A stretch of 64,000 nucleotides of DNA from an uncultured Candidatus Rokubacteria bacterium (lineage in GTDB: Bacteria > Methylomirabilota > Methylomirabilia > Rokubacteriales > CSP1-6), in contig CAVWWD010000008.1 of the NCBI GenBank assembly GCA_963758635.1, forward strand, positions 704,001 to 768,000, in the 5' to 3' direction. Below, piece after piece: positions 24,188 through 33,503 of this stretch. Below the pieces are notes generated by a model. That model saw only the letters and a program-made list of their open reading frames with translations. It searched no databases and was not told the DNA's origin. A program made the position numbers and the translations under genes. Position 1 is the first letter of the stretch. The number at the start of each line of letters is the position of its first letter.

Positions 24188-26539
24188 ATGGCCCGCCAGC
24201 CAGGCCTGATCGCATGGAGCCTCGGCGTCGTCGCGCTTGTCATGGTGTGGACGCAGCCGGCATCGTCGGCGGCTGACGCGGCGGACTGGGGGGCCATCGA
24301 CGCCGCGGTCCGCGATGCGGTGGCCGCCCGCGACCTCCCCGGCGGCGTCGTCCTCGTCGGGCGCGGCGACCGCATCCTCTACCGCAACGCCTTCGGCTCG
24401 CGGGCCCTCGTCCCCGCCGTCGAGCCGGCCACCATCGACACGGTCTTCGACGTCGCGTCGCTCACCAAGGTGGTGGCCACCGCTCCCGCGGTGCTCGCGC
24501 TCTGGGAGAAGGGGCGGATCGACCTGGACGCGCCGATCGGACGCTACCTGAGCGAGTTCGCAGGCCCCCGCCATCGCGAGGTGACGGTGCGCCGCGTCCT
24601 GACCCACAGCGCGGGCTTCCCGGACCTGCCGCCTGCGCAATCGGCCTCCCGCGGAATGGCCGCGGCCCTCGCCGCGATCGCCCGCCAGGAGCTCCAGTCG
24701 ACGCCGGGCTCCACGTTCCGCTACAGCGACACCGGCTTCATCGTGCTGGGCGAGCTGGTCCGGCGCGTGAGCGGCGAGGGGCTGGACCAGTTCACGCGCC
24801 AGCGGTTCTACGCGCCGCTCGGCATGGCGCACACGACGTTCCGGCCGCCGGTCGCGTGGCGCGCGCAGATCGCGCCCACGGAGCTGATCGGGCGCGACGG
24901 GGGCCGCGGCGTGGTGCACGACGGCAACGCTCGCGCGCTCGGCGGCGTGGCCGGCCACGCCGGCGTGTTCTCCACCGCCGACGACCTGGCGCGCTTCTGC
25001 CGCATGCTCCTGGCGCGCGGCGCGCTGGACGGACACCGCGTGCTCGCCGCGGCCACGGTCGACGCCATGTTCACGCCGACGGTGATCGGAGAGACGACGC
25101 GGGGGCTCGGCTGGGACATGTCCTCCTCCTACTCCCGGCCGCTCGGCTCCTTCTTCCCGCCGGGCTCGGGAGGGCACACCGGGTTCACCGGCACGTCCAT
25201 GTGGCTCGACCCGTCGAGCCGGACCTACGCGATCCTGCTCACCAACCGCGTCCATCCGGACGGCAAGGGCAAGGTCGTGGACCTCCGGCGCCGCGTCAGC
25301 GCCGCGGTGGGAGCCGCGCTCTTCGCCCACGACGACGCGCCCCCCGCGGGCGCGCCATCGCCGGGCTCCCCCGCCGCCGATGGGGAAGATCCGACGCCGC
25401 GCGTGGGAGGACCGACGCGCACCGGGCTCGATCAGCTCGTGGCGGAAGGCTTCGCGAGCCTCGCCGGGCGCTCGATCGGACTCATCACTAACCAGACGGG
25501 GATCGACGCGAAGGGCCGGCGGGGCGCCGATCTGCTCGCCGCGGCGCCCGGCGTCAAGCTGCGCGCGCTGTTCTCGCCCGAGCACGGCCTCACCGGGGTG
25601 GTGGACGCCAACGTCCCCCACGGCCGCGACGCCGCCACCGGGCTGCCGGTGTGGAGCCTCTACGGGGCCGAGCGGCGGCCCTCCAGCGCCATGCTGGCGG
25701 GCATCGACACGCTGGTGTTCGACATCCAGGACGTGGGCGTGCGCTACTACACGTACCTGGCCACGCTCGTCTACGTGATGGAGGAAGCAGCCCGGCGCGG
25801 CATCGCGGTCGTGGTCCTCGATCGTCCGAATCCCATCACGGGCCGCCTGGTCGAGGGGCCGCTGATGGATCCGGACCTCCGCTCCTTCACCGCGCCGCAC
25901 ACCGTGCCCGTGCGCCTCGGGATGACCATCGGCGAGTTCGCGCGCATGGTGGCGGCGGAGCGCCGGATCCCGGTGTCCCTCACGGTCGTGCCGCTGAGCG
26001 GCTGGGATCGGGCCCGCTGGTTCGACGAGACGGGGCTGCCGTGGGTGAACCCGTCACCGAACATCCGGACGCCCATGCAGGCCCTGCTCTACTCCGGCAT
26101 CGGGCTGCTCGAGGCGACCAACGTCTCCGTGGGGCGGGGGACCGACATGCCGTTCGAGGTCGTGGGCGCGCCGTGGATGGTCGATCCGGCCGCGCTCGCC
26201 CAGACCCTCAATGCGCGCGGCCTGCCCGGGGTGACCTTCGAGCCCGCCCGCTTCACGCCCACCAGCAGCGTCTACGCCAACGAAGCAGTCCGCGGCGTGC
26301 GCGTGGTGGTCACGGATCGCGAGGCGCTCCGGCCGGTGCGCATGGCCCTGGCCATCGCCCGCGAGCTGATCGACCGCTACCCGACCTACTTCCGGCCGGC
26401 GGCCATCCAGAACCTGATGGTCAACCGGTCGACCATCTGGTCTCTCCTCCGCGGCGATCCCTTGCCTCGCCTGTGGAGCTGGGCCGAGGCCAACCGCGCC
26501 ACCTTCCTCCACCGCCGCGCGTCGTACCTCATCTATTGA
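24188..26539 (+). CDS. secreted serine hydrolase (beta-lactamase fold) fused to NamZ/DUF1343 exo-beta-N-acetylmuramidase
   Basis: SLTK, YSDTG, GHTGFTG, then ITNQTG, FSPEHG, FDIQDVGVRYYTY, DRPNP. Confidence 0.88.
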   Translation: MARQPGLIAWSLGVVALVMVWTQPASSAADAADWGAIDAAVRDAVAARDLPGGVVLVGRGDRILYRNAFGSRALVPAVEPATIDTVFDVASLTKVVATAPAVLALWEKGRIDLDAPIGRYLSEFAGPRHREVTVRRVLTHSAGFPDLPPAQSASRGMAAALAAIARQELQSTPGSTFRYSDTGFIVLGELVRRVSGEGLDQFTRQRFYAPLGMAHTTFRPPVAWRAQIAPTELIGRDGGRGVVHDGNARALGGVAGHAGVFSTADDLARFCRMLLARGALDGHRVLAAATVDAMFTPTVIGETTRGLGWDMSSSYSRPLGSFFPPGSGGHTGFTGTSMWLDPSSRTYAILLTNRVHPDGKGKVVDLRRRVSAAVGAALFAHDDAPPAGAPSPGSPAADGEDPTPRVGGPTRTGLDQLVAEGFASLAGRSIGLITNQTGIDAKGRRGADLLAAAPGVKLRALFSPEHGLTGVVDANVPHGRDAATGLPVWSLYGAERRPSSAMLAGIDTLVFDIQDVGVRYYTYLATLVYVMEEAARRGIAVVVLDRPNPITGRLVEGPLMDPDLRSFTAPHTVPVRLGMTIGEFARMVAAERRIPVSLTVVPLSGWDRARWFDETGLPWVNPSPNIRTPMQALLYSGIGLLEATNVSVGRGTDMPFEVVGAPWMVDPAALAQTLNARGLPGVTFEPARFTPTSSVYANEAVRGVRVVVTDREALRPVRMALAIARELIDRYPTYFRPAAIQNLMVNRSTIWSLLRGDPLPRLWSWAEANRATFLHRRASYLIY

Positions 26540-26565
26540 TTCGACGGGGCCTCGCCGGCCCCCTC

Positions 26566-26655
26566 AGAGGCAACGGCCCCGGAAGCGAAGACGCAACGGC
26601 CGCGGAAGCGAAGACGGCAACAGGCACCTCGTGAGCCCGAAGAGGCAACGGCGCG
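26566..26655. repeat. degenerate ~23-bp tandem repeat (about 4 units)
   Basis: agaggcaacggccccggaagcga / agacgcaacggccgcggaagcga / agacggcaacaggc... / agaggcaacggc. Confidence 0.7.
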
Positions 26656-26659
26656 TCGT

Positions 26660-26818
26660 GTGGGGGGCGGGGGGCGGCACCTGGGGTCGTGGGGCCCTTC
26701 CCCTCTCCCGGCTGCGGACCCCGCGCGCCCGGATGGAGCCCAGTCACAGCGGGGCAGCGCACGCGTGCGGCGTGGTTCCACGACCCCAGGTGCCGCCCCC
26801 CGCCCCCGCCCGAGCGCG
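26660..26818. repeat. repeat family A copy 2 (inverted relative to copy 1)
   Basis: 61-bp core identical to 709-769; arms gcggcacctggggtcg / cgaccccaggtgccgc. Confidence 0.88.
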
Positions 26819-26864
26819 CACGTCCGAGTCGTGAGGTCAGAGCGACCGGGGCGATGCAGACGGC

Positions 26865-27826
26865 TCAGGGGCGTTCGATGACCTTGAGCGGGAGGTTCGG
26901 GCGGAGCTTGGCCGCCGCGCCGCGCGGGATCGTGAGCGTCGCGGGGTCGCCGTCGCTCACGTAGCGGTCTTCGGGATGGCGGTCGAAGTGGTCGAGCCAG
27001 TACTTGAGGTCGGCCTCGACGGCCTGGATCCGCGGCAGGCGCAGAGGGTCGAAGGCGCGCCCGTGGGGTGACGGCGCCGCGCCGCCCGCCACCATCAGGA
27101 TCGCGTCGTGGCGGTACGTCGTGCCGTTCACGCGCCCCTGGACGGCCCACTGGAGGTCCTTCGGGAAGGCCCCCATCGGAAGCGCCAGCGACCGCGGGCG
27201 ATAGCCCGGCACGTGGCGCTCGATCCACTCCTGCGCGCCGGCCACCTGCTTGCGCACGGTCTCCTCGGGGTAGCGGGCGAGGTTGGCGTGCCAGAGCGTG
27301 TGGTTGCCGATCTCGAATCCGCGGCCGGAGAGGTAGGCGAGCTTCCGTCCCGCCCACTGGGGCTGGTTGAACAGCCGGTTCGGCGGGTCGGCGCCGGGCA
27401 GGACGTAGAACGTGCCGGCGCGCCCGAAGCCCGGCCGCTCGCGCTCGAACGCCTCCAGGATCCCGATGCCGCACTGCGGGTCGATCACGGGCTCGGCACC
27501 CCCGTCCAGGTAACGGAACTGGCCGGGTGAGGAGTCGTCGAAGGTGAGGATCACCGGCGTCGTGCCCCGCGGCAGCGCGATCTTGCCGTCGAGGTAGTCG
27601 CCCAGGTTCACCAGCCGGTAGCCCCGCTCCCAGAGCCGCTGGAGGTCCCGGCGGAAGTTCTCGGGCGTGCGGGTCCACCGCTCCTCGGGGCGATCGATCT
27701 TGTGGTACTCGAGGATCATCACCCGGCCGAGCTCGTTCGGAGGCAGCGTCTCGGCGGCGGAGGGAGCGGGAAGAAAACGGCGGCCGCGGTGAGCCCGACG
27801 GCGACCGCCGCGGTGAGGCCGCGCAC
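26865..27826 (-). CDS. polysaccharide deacetylase family protein (apparent frameshift near the 5' end)
   Basis: PNELGRVMILEYH, LTFDDS, EIGNHTLWH, ALPMG. Confidence 0.82.
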
Positions 27827-27827
27827 C

Positions 27828-29276
27828 CTAGGAGCCCGACCTCCCGGCCAGCACCGGTCGCGCCTTCAGGGCGTCAGCGGTGTAGTCGTTGCGCGGGTTC
27901 CAGAGCATCCAGCCCGAGCCGCCCCCCTCGTCGGAGCCGCGGATCTGCGCGCGGACCTCGCGCGGCCCGAAGATGCGGCGGTCGAAGGCGTAGTCACGGA
28001 AGTCCTGGAGCCACGGGCGCACCTGCACGGCGAGGCCGGCCGAGCGCTTCCGGGTGAGCCGGACGCTCTCCTTGACCACCTCGAAGGGGTTCTCAACGGG
28101 GTTGCGGACGCCCGGGATGCCCTTGTGATAGCCGGACGGGTAGACCATCGGGCACAGGTAGTCGAGGTGCGGCGCGAGCTCTTCCACGCGCTGCCCGATG
28201 TCGGTGTCGTTGTCGTTGAACGCGGTGTAGCCGAACACGTCGGCGGCGAGGAACGCGCCCGTGGGCCCGAGCTCGCGGCGCGCCTTGGCCAGGAAGCCGC
28301 CGATCGTCTCCAGCCGGACGGCCTGGTTGTTGGGGCGCGAGTAGCGGGCGGCCGAGAGGCGGCCGTCGGTCGGGAAGCGCACGTAGTCGAACTGGACCTC
28401 GTCGAAGCCCTTGGCGATGGCCTCGCGGGCGACGGCGATCAGGTAGTCCCACACCTCCTCGCGCGTCGGGTCCACCCAGGCGAGCTTCTCGTTGTCGATC
28501 CAGGGCTTGCCCGTGCGGGTATCGACGATCGCGAGGTCCGGCCGGTGATGGGCGAGCACGTTGTCCTTGAACGCCACGACGCGGGCGATCGTGTAGATGC
28601 CGCGGGCCTTGAAGTCCGCGAGCATCGCGTCGAACTCCTTGATGATGACCGGACCCTGGGCGCCCGCGGCGAGCGCCAGCGGCACCGAGGTCCGGTAGGG
28701 GATGAGCCCCCGGTCGCCCTTCACGTCGATGACCACGGCGTTCAGCTCGGTCCGCGCCACCAGGCCGAGCACGCGCTCGCGGATCCCCCGATCGCCGATC
28801 CCGTAGTAGGTGAGGTAGGCGGCCTTCACGGGGTGAGCGGTCAGGCGGACCTTCACCGGGTGGCCGTCCACGGCCACGCGCTTCCGTTCGTGGCCGGGCA
28901 GCTTCACGATCAGCGTGCGCTCGGGGCCGAGCGACGAGATCGAGAAGCGCCCCTCGGCGTCGGTCCGCGCCTCGGTGGTGCCGGACCACACCGACGCGCC
29001 GCGCAGGGGAGCGCCGGCCGCGTCCACGACCTGGCCGGTCGCGCCGGCGACGGGCGGCCGCACGCTCTCCGGCGCGACGTGTGGGGCCGTCGCGGCCGGA
29101 GGCGTGGGCGCCGGCTCCGGAGCTGGCGCCGCCGCGACGGCGGGTGGCCGGATCCAGAGGCTCGGCGACAGGAACAGGTATCCGACGACAACGAGGAGCG
29201 CGGCGATGGCGATTCCCGCCGCCGCTCGAAGCAAGAACCGTGATCGATCGTTTGGCGGCGCGGGAAAGGGTGTCAT
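27828..29276 (-). CDS. membrane-anchored putative glycoside hydrolase (DUF4015-type) with carboxypeptidase-regulatory-like domain
   Basis: NAVVIDVKGD, GFDEVQFDYVRFP, PMVYPS, RPWLQDF. Confidence 0.85.
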   Translation of the reverse strand: MTPFPAPPNDRSRFLLRAAAGIAIAALLVVVGYLFLSPSLWIRPPAVAAAPAPEPAPTPPAATAPHVAPESVRPPVAGATGQVVDAAGAPLRGASVWSGTTEARTDAEGRFSISSLGPERTLIVKLPGHERKRVAVDGHPVKVRLTAHPVKAAYLTYYGIGDRGIRERVLGLVARTELNAVVIDVKGDRGLIPYRTSVPLALAAGAQGPVIIKEFDAMLADFKARGIYTIARVVAFKDNVLAHHRPDLAIVDTRTGKPWIDNEKLAWVDPTREEVWDYLIAVAREAIAKGFDEVQFDYVRFPTDGRLSAARYSRPNNQAVRLETIGGFLAKARRELGPTGAFLAADVFGYTAFNDNDTDIGQRVEELAPHLDYLCPMVYPSGYHKGIPGVRNPVENPFEVVKESVRLTRKRSAGLAVQVRPWLQDFRDYAFDRRIFGPREVRAQIRGSDEGGGSGWMLWNPRNDYTADALKARPVLAGRSGS

Positions 29277-29501
29277 TGGCGATCGAATCTAAAACCGACG
29301 TGTCGCTGCAGCGAAGAAAATTGTGCGGGGACGCCGACGGCCGGCGGAAAGATGGCGGCGGACGACCGCGAGGTGCCGGCGGCCGACTGCGCGAGACCGG
29401 CGGCCGACGGCGAGGCGCCGACGGCCGCGGGGAGACCGCTCGGGTCATCGCCTGCCTTCGGAGCCTCCGCGCCGTGGCCTCGCATCGCGACTGTTGGACG
29501 G

Positions 29502-29517
29502 AGCAAGGCCGTTGCCA
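29502..29517 (-). promoter_or_regulatory. sigma54 -24/-12 promoter candidate
   Basis: minus strand TGGCAA-CGGCC-TTGCT, facing the glycoside hydrolase operon. Confidence 0.5.
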
Positions 29518-29669
29518 TTGCAAGCGCGCGTGGAAGTCCTCGAAAGCCATCACGTCCGCTCGGCCGCGGCGCTGCCCGCGCCGTCGCGGGCTGACGAAAA
29601 TCGGTGGCGCGCCCTCGAAAATCGTCACCCGCGCCTCGGCGCCGGACACCACGGGCTACAATGCGCCCC

Positions 29670-30524
29670 ATGACCACGACAGCCCGAGCGGGATCCTTCG
29701 GATGCGAATCGGCGCGGCCGCGCCACCTCTCGGTGAACGGCCTCCGCCTGCATGCCCTCGAGTGGGGCGAGTCCGGCCGTCAGGGGCTCTGCTTCCTGCA
29801 CGGCGGCTCGGCGCACGCCCACTGGTTCGACGGCGTGGCGCCGGCCTTCGCCGACCGCTACCACGTCATCTCCCTCGACCAGCGCGGCCACGGCGAGAGC
29901 GAGTGGCCGGGGAGCGCGGCCTACGCCACCCAGGACTTCGTGTCCGACCTCCTCGGGATGATGGACGCGCTCGGGTGGGAACGGACGATCCTGGCCGGGC
30001 ACTCCATGGGCGGGCACAACTCGATGAGCTTCTCGGCGTGGCATCCGGCGCGGGTGCGCGCGCTCTGCGTGATCGACAGCCGGCCGTCCATCCCGCCCGA
30101 CCGGCTGCACGTGATGCACCGCCGTGGGCACCGAGGGCCGCGGCGTCACCCGAGCCAGGAGCAGGCCCTCCGGAGCTTCCGGCTCCTGCCGCCCGACACC
30201 GTGGCCGACCCGGCGTTTCTCGACCACCTGGGCCGGCAAGGCATCGTCGAGCGGGACGGGAGCTTCCTCTACCGGTTCGACCCGGAGGCCAACGGCGCAC
30301 GGGCCCCGGTGGACGTGATGCCGCTGCTCCCGGAGATCACCGCGCCGACGCTCCTGGTCCGGGGCGAGCACTCGCCGGTGCTGCCGGTGCCGACGGCGAG
30401 CGAGATGCTGAAGCGGCTACGCGACGGCCGGCTGGTGGAGGTGCCCGGGGCCTACCATCACCTGGTCCTGGACTCGCCCGCCGTCTTCACGCGCGTCCTG
30501 GACGAGTTCCTCCGCTCCGTTTGA
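29670..30524 (+). CDS. alpha/beta hydrolase
   Basis: FLHGG, DQRGHGES, GHSMGG. Confidence 0.9.
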   Translation: MTTTARAGSFGCESARPRHLSVNGLRLHALEWGESGRQGLCFLHGGSAHAHWFDGVAPAFADRYHVISLDQRGHGESEWPGSAAYATQDFVSDLLGMMDALGWERTILAGHSMGGHNSMSFSAWHPARVRALCVIDSRPSIPPDRLHVMHRRGHRGPRRHPSQEQALRSFRLLPPDTVADPAFLDHLGRQGIVERDGSFLYRFDPEANGARAPVDVMPLLPEITAPTLLVRGEHSPVLPVPTASEMLKRLRDGRLVEVPGAYHHLVLDSPAVFTRVLDEFLRSV

Positions 30525-30529
30525 AGAAT

Positions 30530-30650
30530 CCCTCTCCCCTCTGGGGAGAGGGCAGGGTGAGGGGCGGCGGCACGAGCACGCGGGCTGTCCCGCGAGATGG
30601 TTCGGCCGACCCTCACCCCGGCCCTCTCCCTGGACGGGAGAGGGAGGCAG
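30530..30650. repeat. REP-like doublet, family D
   Basis: ccctctcccctctggggagagggcagggtgagggg ... ccctcaccccggccctctccctggacgggagaggg between convergent genes. Confidence 0.75.
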
Positions 30651-30656
30651 AGGGAG

Positions 30657-33329
30657 TCAGGCGCGCTCGAGGCGGACGGCGCAGACCTTGTACTCGGGGA
30701 TCCTTGCCGAGGGGTCGTGGGCGGAGTTGGTCAGAAAGTTCGCCGCCGACTCGCCGAGCTTCACGAAGGGCACGAACACCGCTCCCGGCCGCACCGCCTC
30801 GGTGACGTGCGCGTGCCCGACCAGCTCGCCCCGCCGCGACGTCATCCGGAGCGGCGCCCCGGTCTCCACGCCCAGGCGGCGCGCGTCGGCGGGGTGCACG
30901 GCGATCTCGAGCCGCGGGGCGAGCTCGAGGAGCCCCTCCACGCGCGTCGTCAGCGTCCCGCCGTGCCAGTGGTACAGGAGCCGCCCGGTCGACAGCAGGA
31001 ACGGGTAGTCGGGATCGGGCAGCTCGGCCGCGGCGGCCGTCTGCTGGACCGGCACGAAGCGCGCCCGCCCGCGGGGGAAGCGCTCGGCGTAGAGGAAGCG
31101 CGTGCCCGGGTGGTCCGGGGTGGGACAGGGCCACTGGATCCCGCCCGACTCGAGCCGGGCGTACGTGATGCCGGCGATGTTGGGCCAGAGCGACGCCATC
31201 TCGTCGAAGATCGCCGACGGGTGGTCGTAGTCGAAGGCGCCGGTCGGGCGGCCGAGCCGGCGGGCGACCCGCCGGGCCAGCTCACAGGTGATCCACCAGT
31301 CCGGCCGGGTCTGGCCGGGAGGGGCCAGCGCCTGGCGCACCCGCTGGACGCGTCGCTCGGAGTTCGTGAACGTGCCGTCCTTCTCCGCGAACGCGGCGGC
31401 GGGCAGGAACACGTGCGCGCGCTCGGCCGTCTCGTGCATGAACAGGTCCTGCACGACCAGGTGGTCGAGCTGCTCGATCGCCTTCTCCGCGTGGTGCAGG
31501 TCGGGCTCGGACAGGAGCGGGTTCTCGCCCACCACGTACATGGCGCGGATTTGACCGTCGAGGCAGCCCTCGACCATCTCGGTGACGACCATGCCGGGCA
31601 CCCCCGGGGGCCGTGTCCCCCAGGCCCGCTCGAAGCGTCCGAGGCTCTCCGGAGAGTAGTCGCCGTAGCCCGGCAGGTTGACGGGGGTGCAGCCGGCGTC
31701 ACCGCATCCCTGGACGTTGTTCTGCCCGCGCAGCGGCGAGATGCCGGAGCCCGGGAAGCCCATCTGCCCGGCCACGAGCGAGAGGTTCAGCAACGAGTGC
31801 GCGTTGGCCGTGCCGTTGATGTGCTGGGTGATGCCCATGCCCCAGATCAGGCAGGAGCCGGCGAACGGCGGCCGGGCGTACCAGCGCGCGGCCTGCGCGA
31901 TGGCCTCGGCGGGCACGCCGGTGATGCGCTCGGCGGCCGGGAGTGTGTAGGGCTCGAGCGCGGCGACCCACGCGTCGAAACCCTCCGTGCGCTCGCGGAC
32001 GAACTCGAGGTCGGCCAGGCCCTCGTCGAGGATCACCTTGGCCATGGCGTTGAAGAGGGTCACGTCGGTGCCCGGACGCTCCTGGATCCAGAGGTCGGCC
32101 TGGTCGCACAGCTCGATGCGCTTGGGGTTGATCACGATCAGCTTCGCCCCCGACCGCATGGCCCGCCGGAAGCGGACGGCGATGACGGGATGGTTGGCCG
32201 AGGCGTCCGCGCCGACCACCATGAGACAGCCCGCCTCCTCGTAGTCCACGTAGGAATTCGAGGTGGCGCCCGATCCCATCGTGACGAGCATCGCTTCCAC
32301 CGACGGCGAGTGGCAGAGGCGGGTGCAGTGGTCGACGTTGTTGGTGCCCATGACCACGCGGGTGAGCTTCTGGATGACGTAGCCGTCCTCGTTGGTGGCC
32401 TTGGCCGAGGCGAGGGCGCCGAAGCGTCCGTGGTTGCGCGCCAGCCCCTCCGCCGCCACGTCGAGCGCCTCGTCCCAGGACACCTCGCGCCAGGCCCCGT
32501 CGCGCCTGACCATGGGCGCGGTGATGCGGTCGCGCGCGTGCACGAAGCCGGTCCCGAAGCGCCCCTTCACGCAGAGCATCCCCGAGCTCGACAGGTTGGC
32601 GGGCGCGTCGTCGGTCATGACGGCCAGGCGGTTGTCCTGCCGGACGTGCACGGTGATCCCGCAGCCCACCCCGCAGTACGGGCACGTCGTGTCCACCGAC
32701 CGCACGATCGGCGCGGGCTCCTCCTTCGGGCGGAGCGCGCCCGTCGGGCACGTCGCCACGCACTGCCCGCACGAGGTGCAGATCGAGCTCGACATGAGGC
32801 CGTCGGCGAACACGCCGACCCGCGCGTCGTGGCCACGCCCGACGAGGGAGATGGCGCCGATGCGCTGGACCTCGCCACAGGCGACCGTGCAGCGGCCGCA
32901 GAGGATGCAGGACTCCCGGTCGAGGACGAAGAACGACTTGGAGGCGTCGACGGGGAACCGGTGATGCGCGGGATGGCTCGGGGTGGTCAGATCGTGGTGG
33001 GTCGCCGTCTCCCCCACCTGGACGAAGCCGTTGCGGCCCTCGCCGGGCGACAGCATCGAGAGCGTCAGGTCGAGGACCTGCCGGCGGAGGCGGACCGCGT
33101 CCGGGTGCTCGGTGCGCACGACCATGCCGTCGCGGGCGGGGAGGTGGCAGGCGGCCGGGAAGCCGCGCTGTCCTTCCACGTGGACCAGGCAGGTGCGGCA
33201 GGCCCCAAGGGGCGGGCGGTCCGGGTCCTTGCAGAGCTGCGGCAGCGCGATCCCGAGCTGGTTGACGGCGTCCAGCACGGTGCCGCCCTGGGCGAGATCG
33301 ATGCTCTGATTGTCGACGGTCAGTCTCAT
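30657..33329 (-). CDS. fdhF: formate dehydrogenase alpha subunit (cytoplasmic, Cys-ligated Mo/W-bisPGD, N-terminal Fe-S domains)
   Basis: CPYCGVGC, TRLCHSPS, LRGQNNVQG, TNSERRVQ, PEYKVCAV. Confidence 0.92.
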   Translation of the reverse strand: MRLTVDNQSIDLAQGGTVLDAVNQLGIALPQLCKDPDRPPLGACRTCLVHVEGQRGFPAACHLPARDGMVVRTEHPDAVRLRRQVLDLTLSMLSPGEGRNGFVQVGETATHHDLTTPSHPAHHRFPVDASKSFFVLDRESCILCGRCTVACGEVQRIGAISLVGRGHDARVGVFADGLMSSSICTSCGQCVATCPTGALRPKEEPAPIVRSVDTTCPYCGVGCGITVHVRQDNRLAVMTDDAPANLSSSGMLCVKGRFGTGFVHARDRITAPMVRRDGAWREVSWDEALDVAAEGLARNHGRFGALASAKATNEDGYVIQKLTRVVMGTNNVDHCTRLCHSPSVEAMLVTMGSGATSNSYVDYEEAGCLMVVGADASANHPVIAVRFRRAMRSGAKLIVINPKRIELCDQADLWIQERPGTDVTLFNAMAKVILDEGLADLEFVRERTEGFDAWVAALEPYTLPAAERITGVPAEAIAQAARWYARPPFAGSCLIWGMGITQHINGTANAHSLLNLSLVAGQMGFPGSGISPLRGQNNVQGCGDAGCTPVNLPGYGDYSPESLGRFERAWGTRPPGVPGMVVTEMVEGCLDGQIRAMYVVGENPLLSEPDLHHAEKAIEQLDHLVVQDLFMHETAERAHVFLPAAAFAEKDGTFTNSERRVQRVRQALAPPGQTRPDWWITCELARRVARRLGRPTGAFDYDHPSAIFDEMASLWPNIAGITYARLESGGIQWPCPTPDHPGTRFLYAERFPRGRARFVPVQQTAAAAELPDPDYPFLLSTGRLLYHWHGGTLTTRVEGLLELAPRLEIAVHPADARRLGVETGAPLRMTSRRGELVGHAHVTEAVRPGAVFVPFVKLGESAANFLTNSAHDPSARIPEYKVCAVRLERA

Positions 33330-33503
33330 TGGCGTTCGTCCTGTGGCCCGGCCGGTCTGCCTTCCCCATCGCCGGGTACGATTTCGGATGATAGCACCCG
33401 GCTCGCCCGAGCCGGCGCCCCGCGCCGCCGACCCCGTCCGCGCCGGGAATCTCCTAGACCGAGACACTGAGCCGATCCGCTCGGATCAGTACGCCTCGCG
33501 TTC

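Noticed and set aside
26566..26655. CRISPR array
   Set aside because: No constant repeat with unique spacers and no cas genes.
29277..29500. Riboswitch in the long leader of the glycoside hydrolase gene
   Set aside because: No known aptamer consensus recognised; GC-rich pairing alone is uninformative.
30657..33329. Selenocysteine in formate dehydrogenase
   Set aside because: The active-site position is Cys (TRLCHS) and there is no in-frame TGA.
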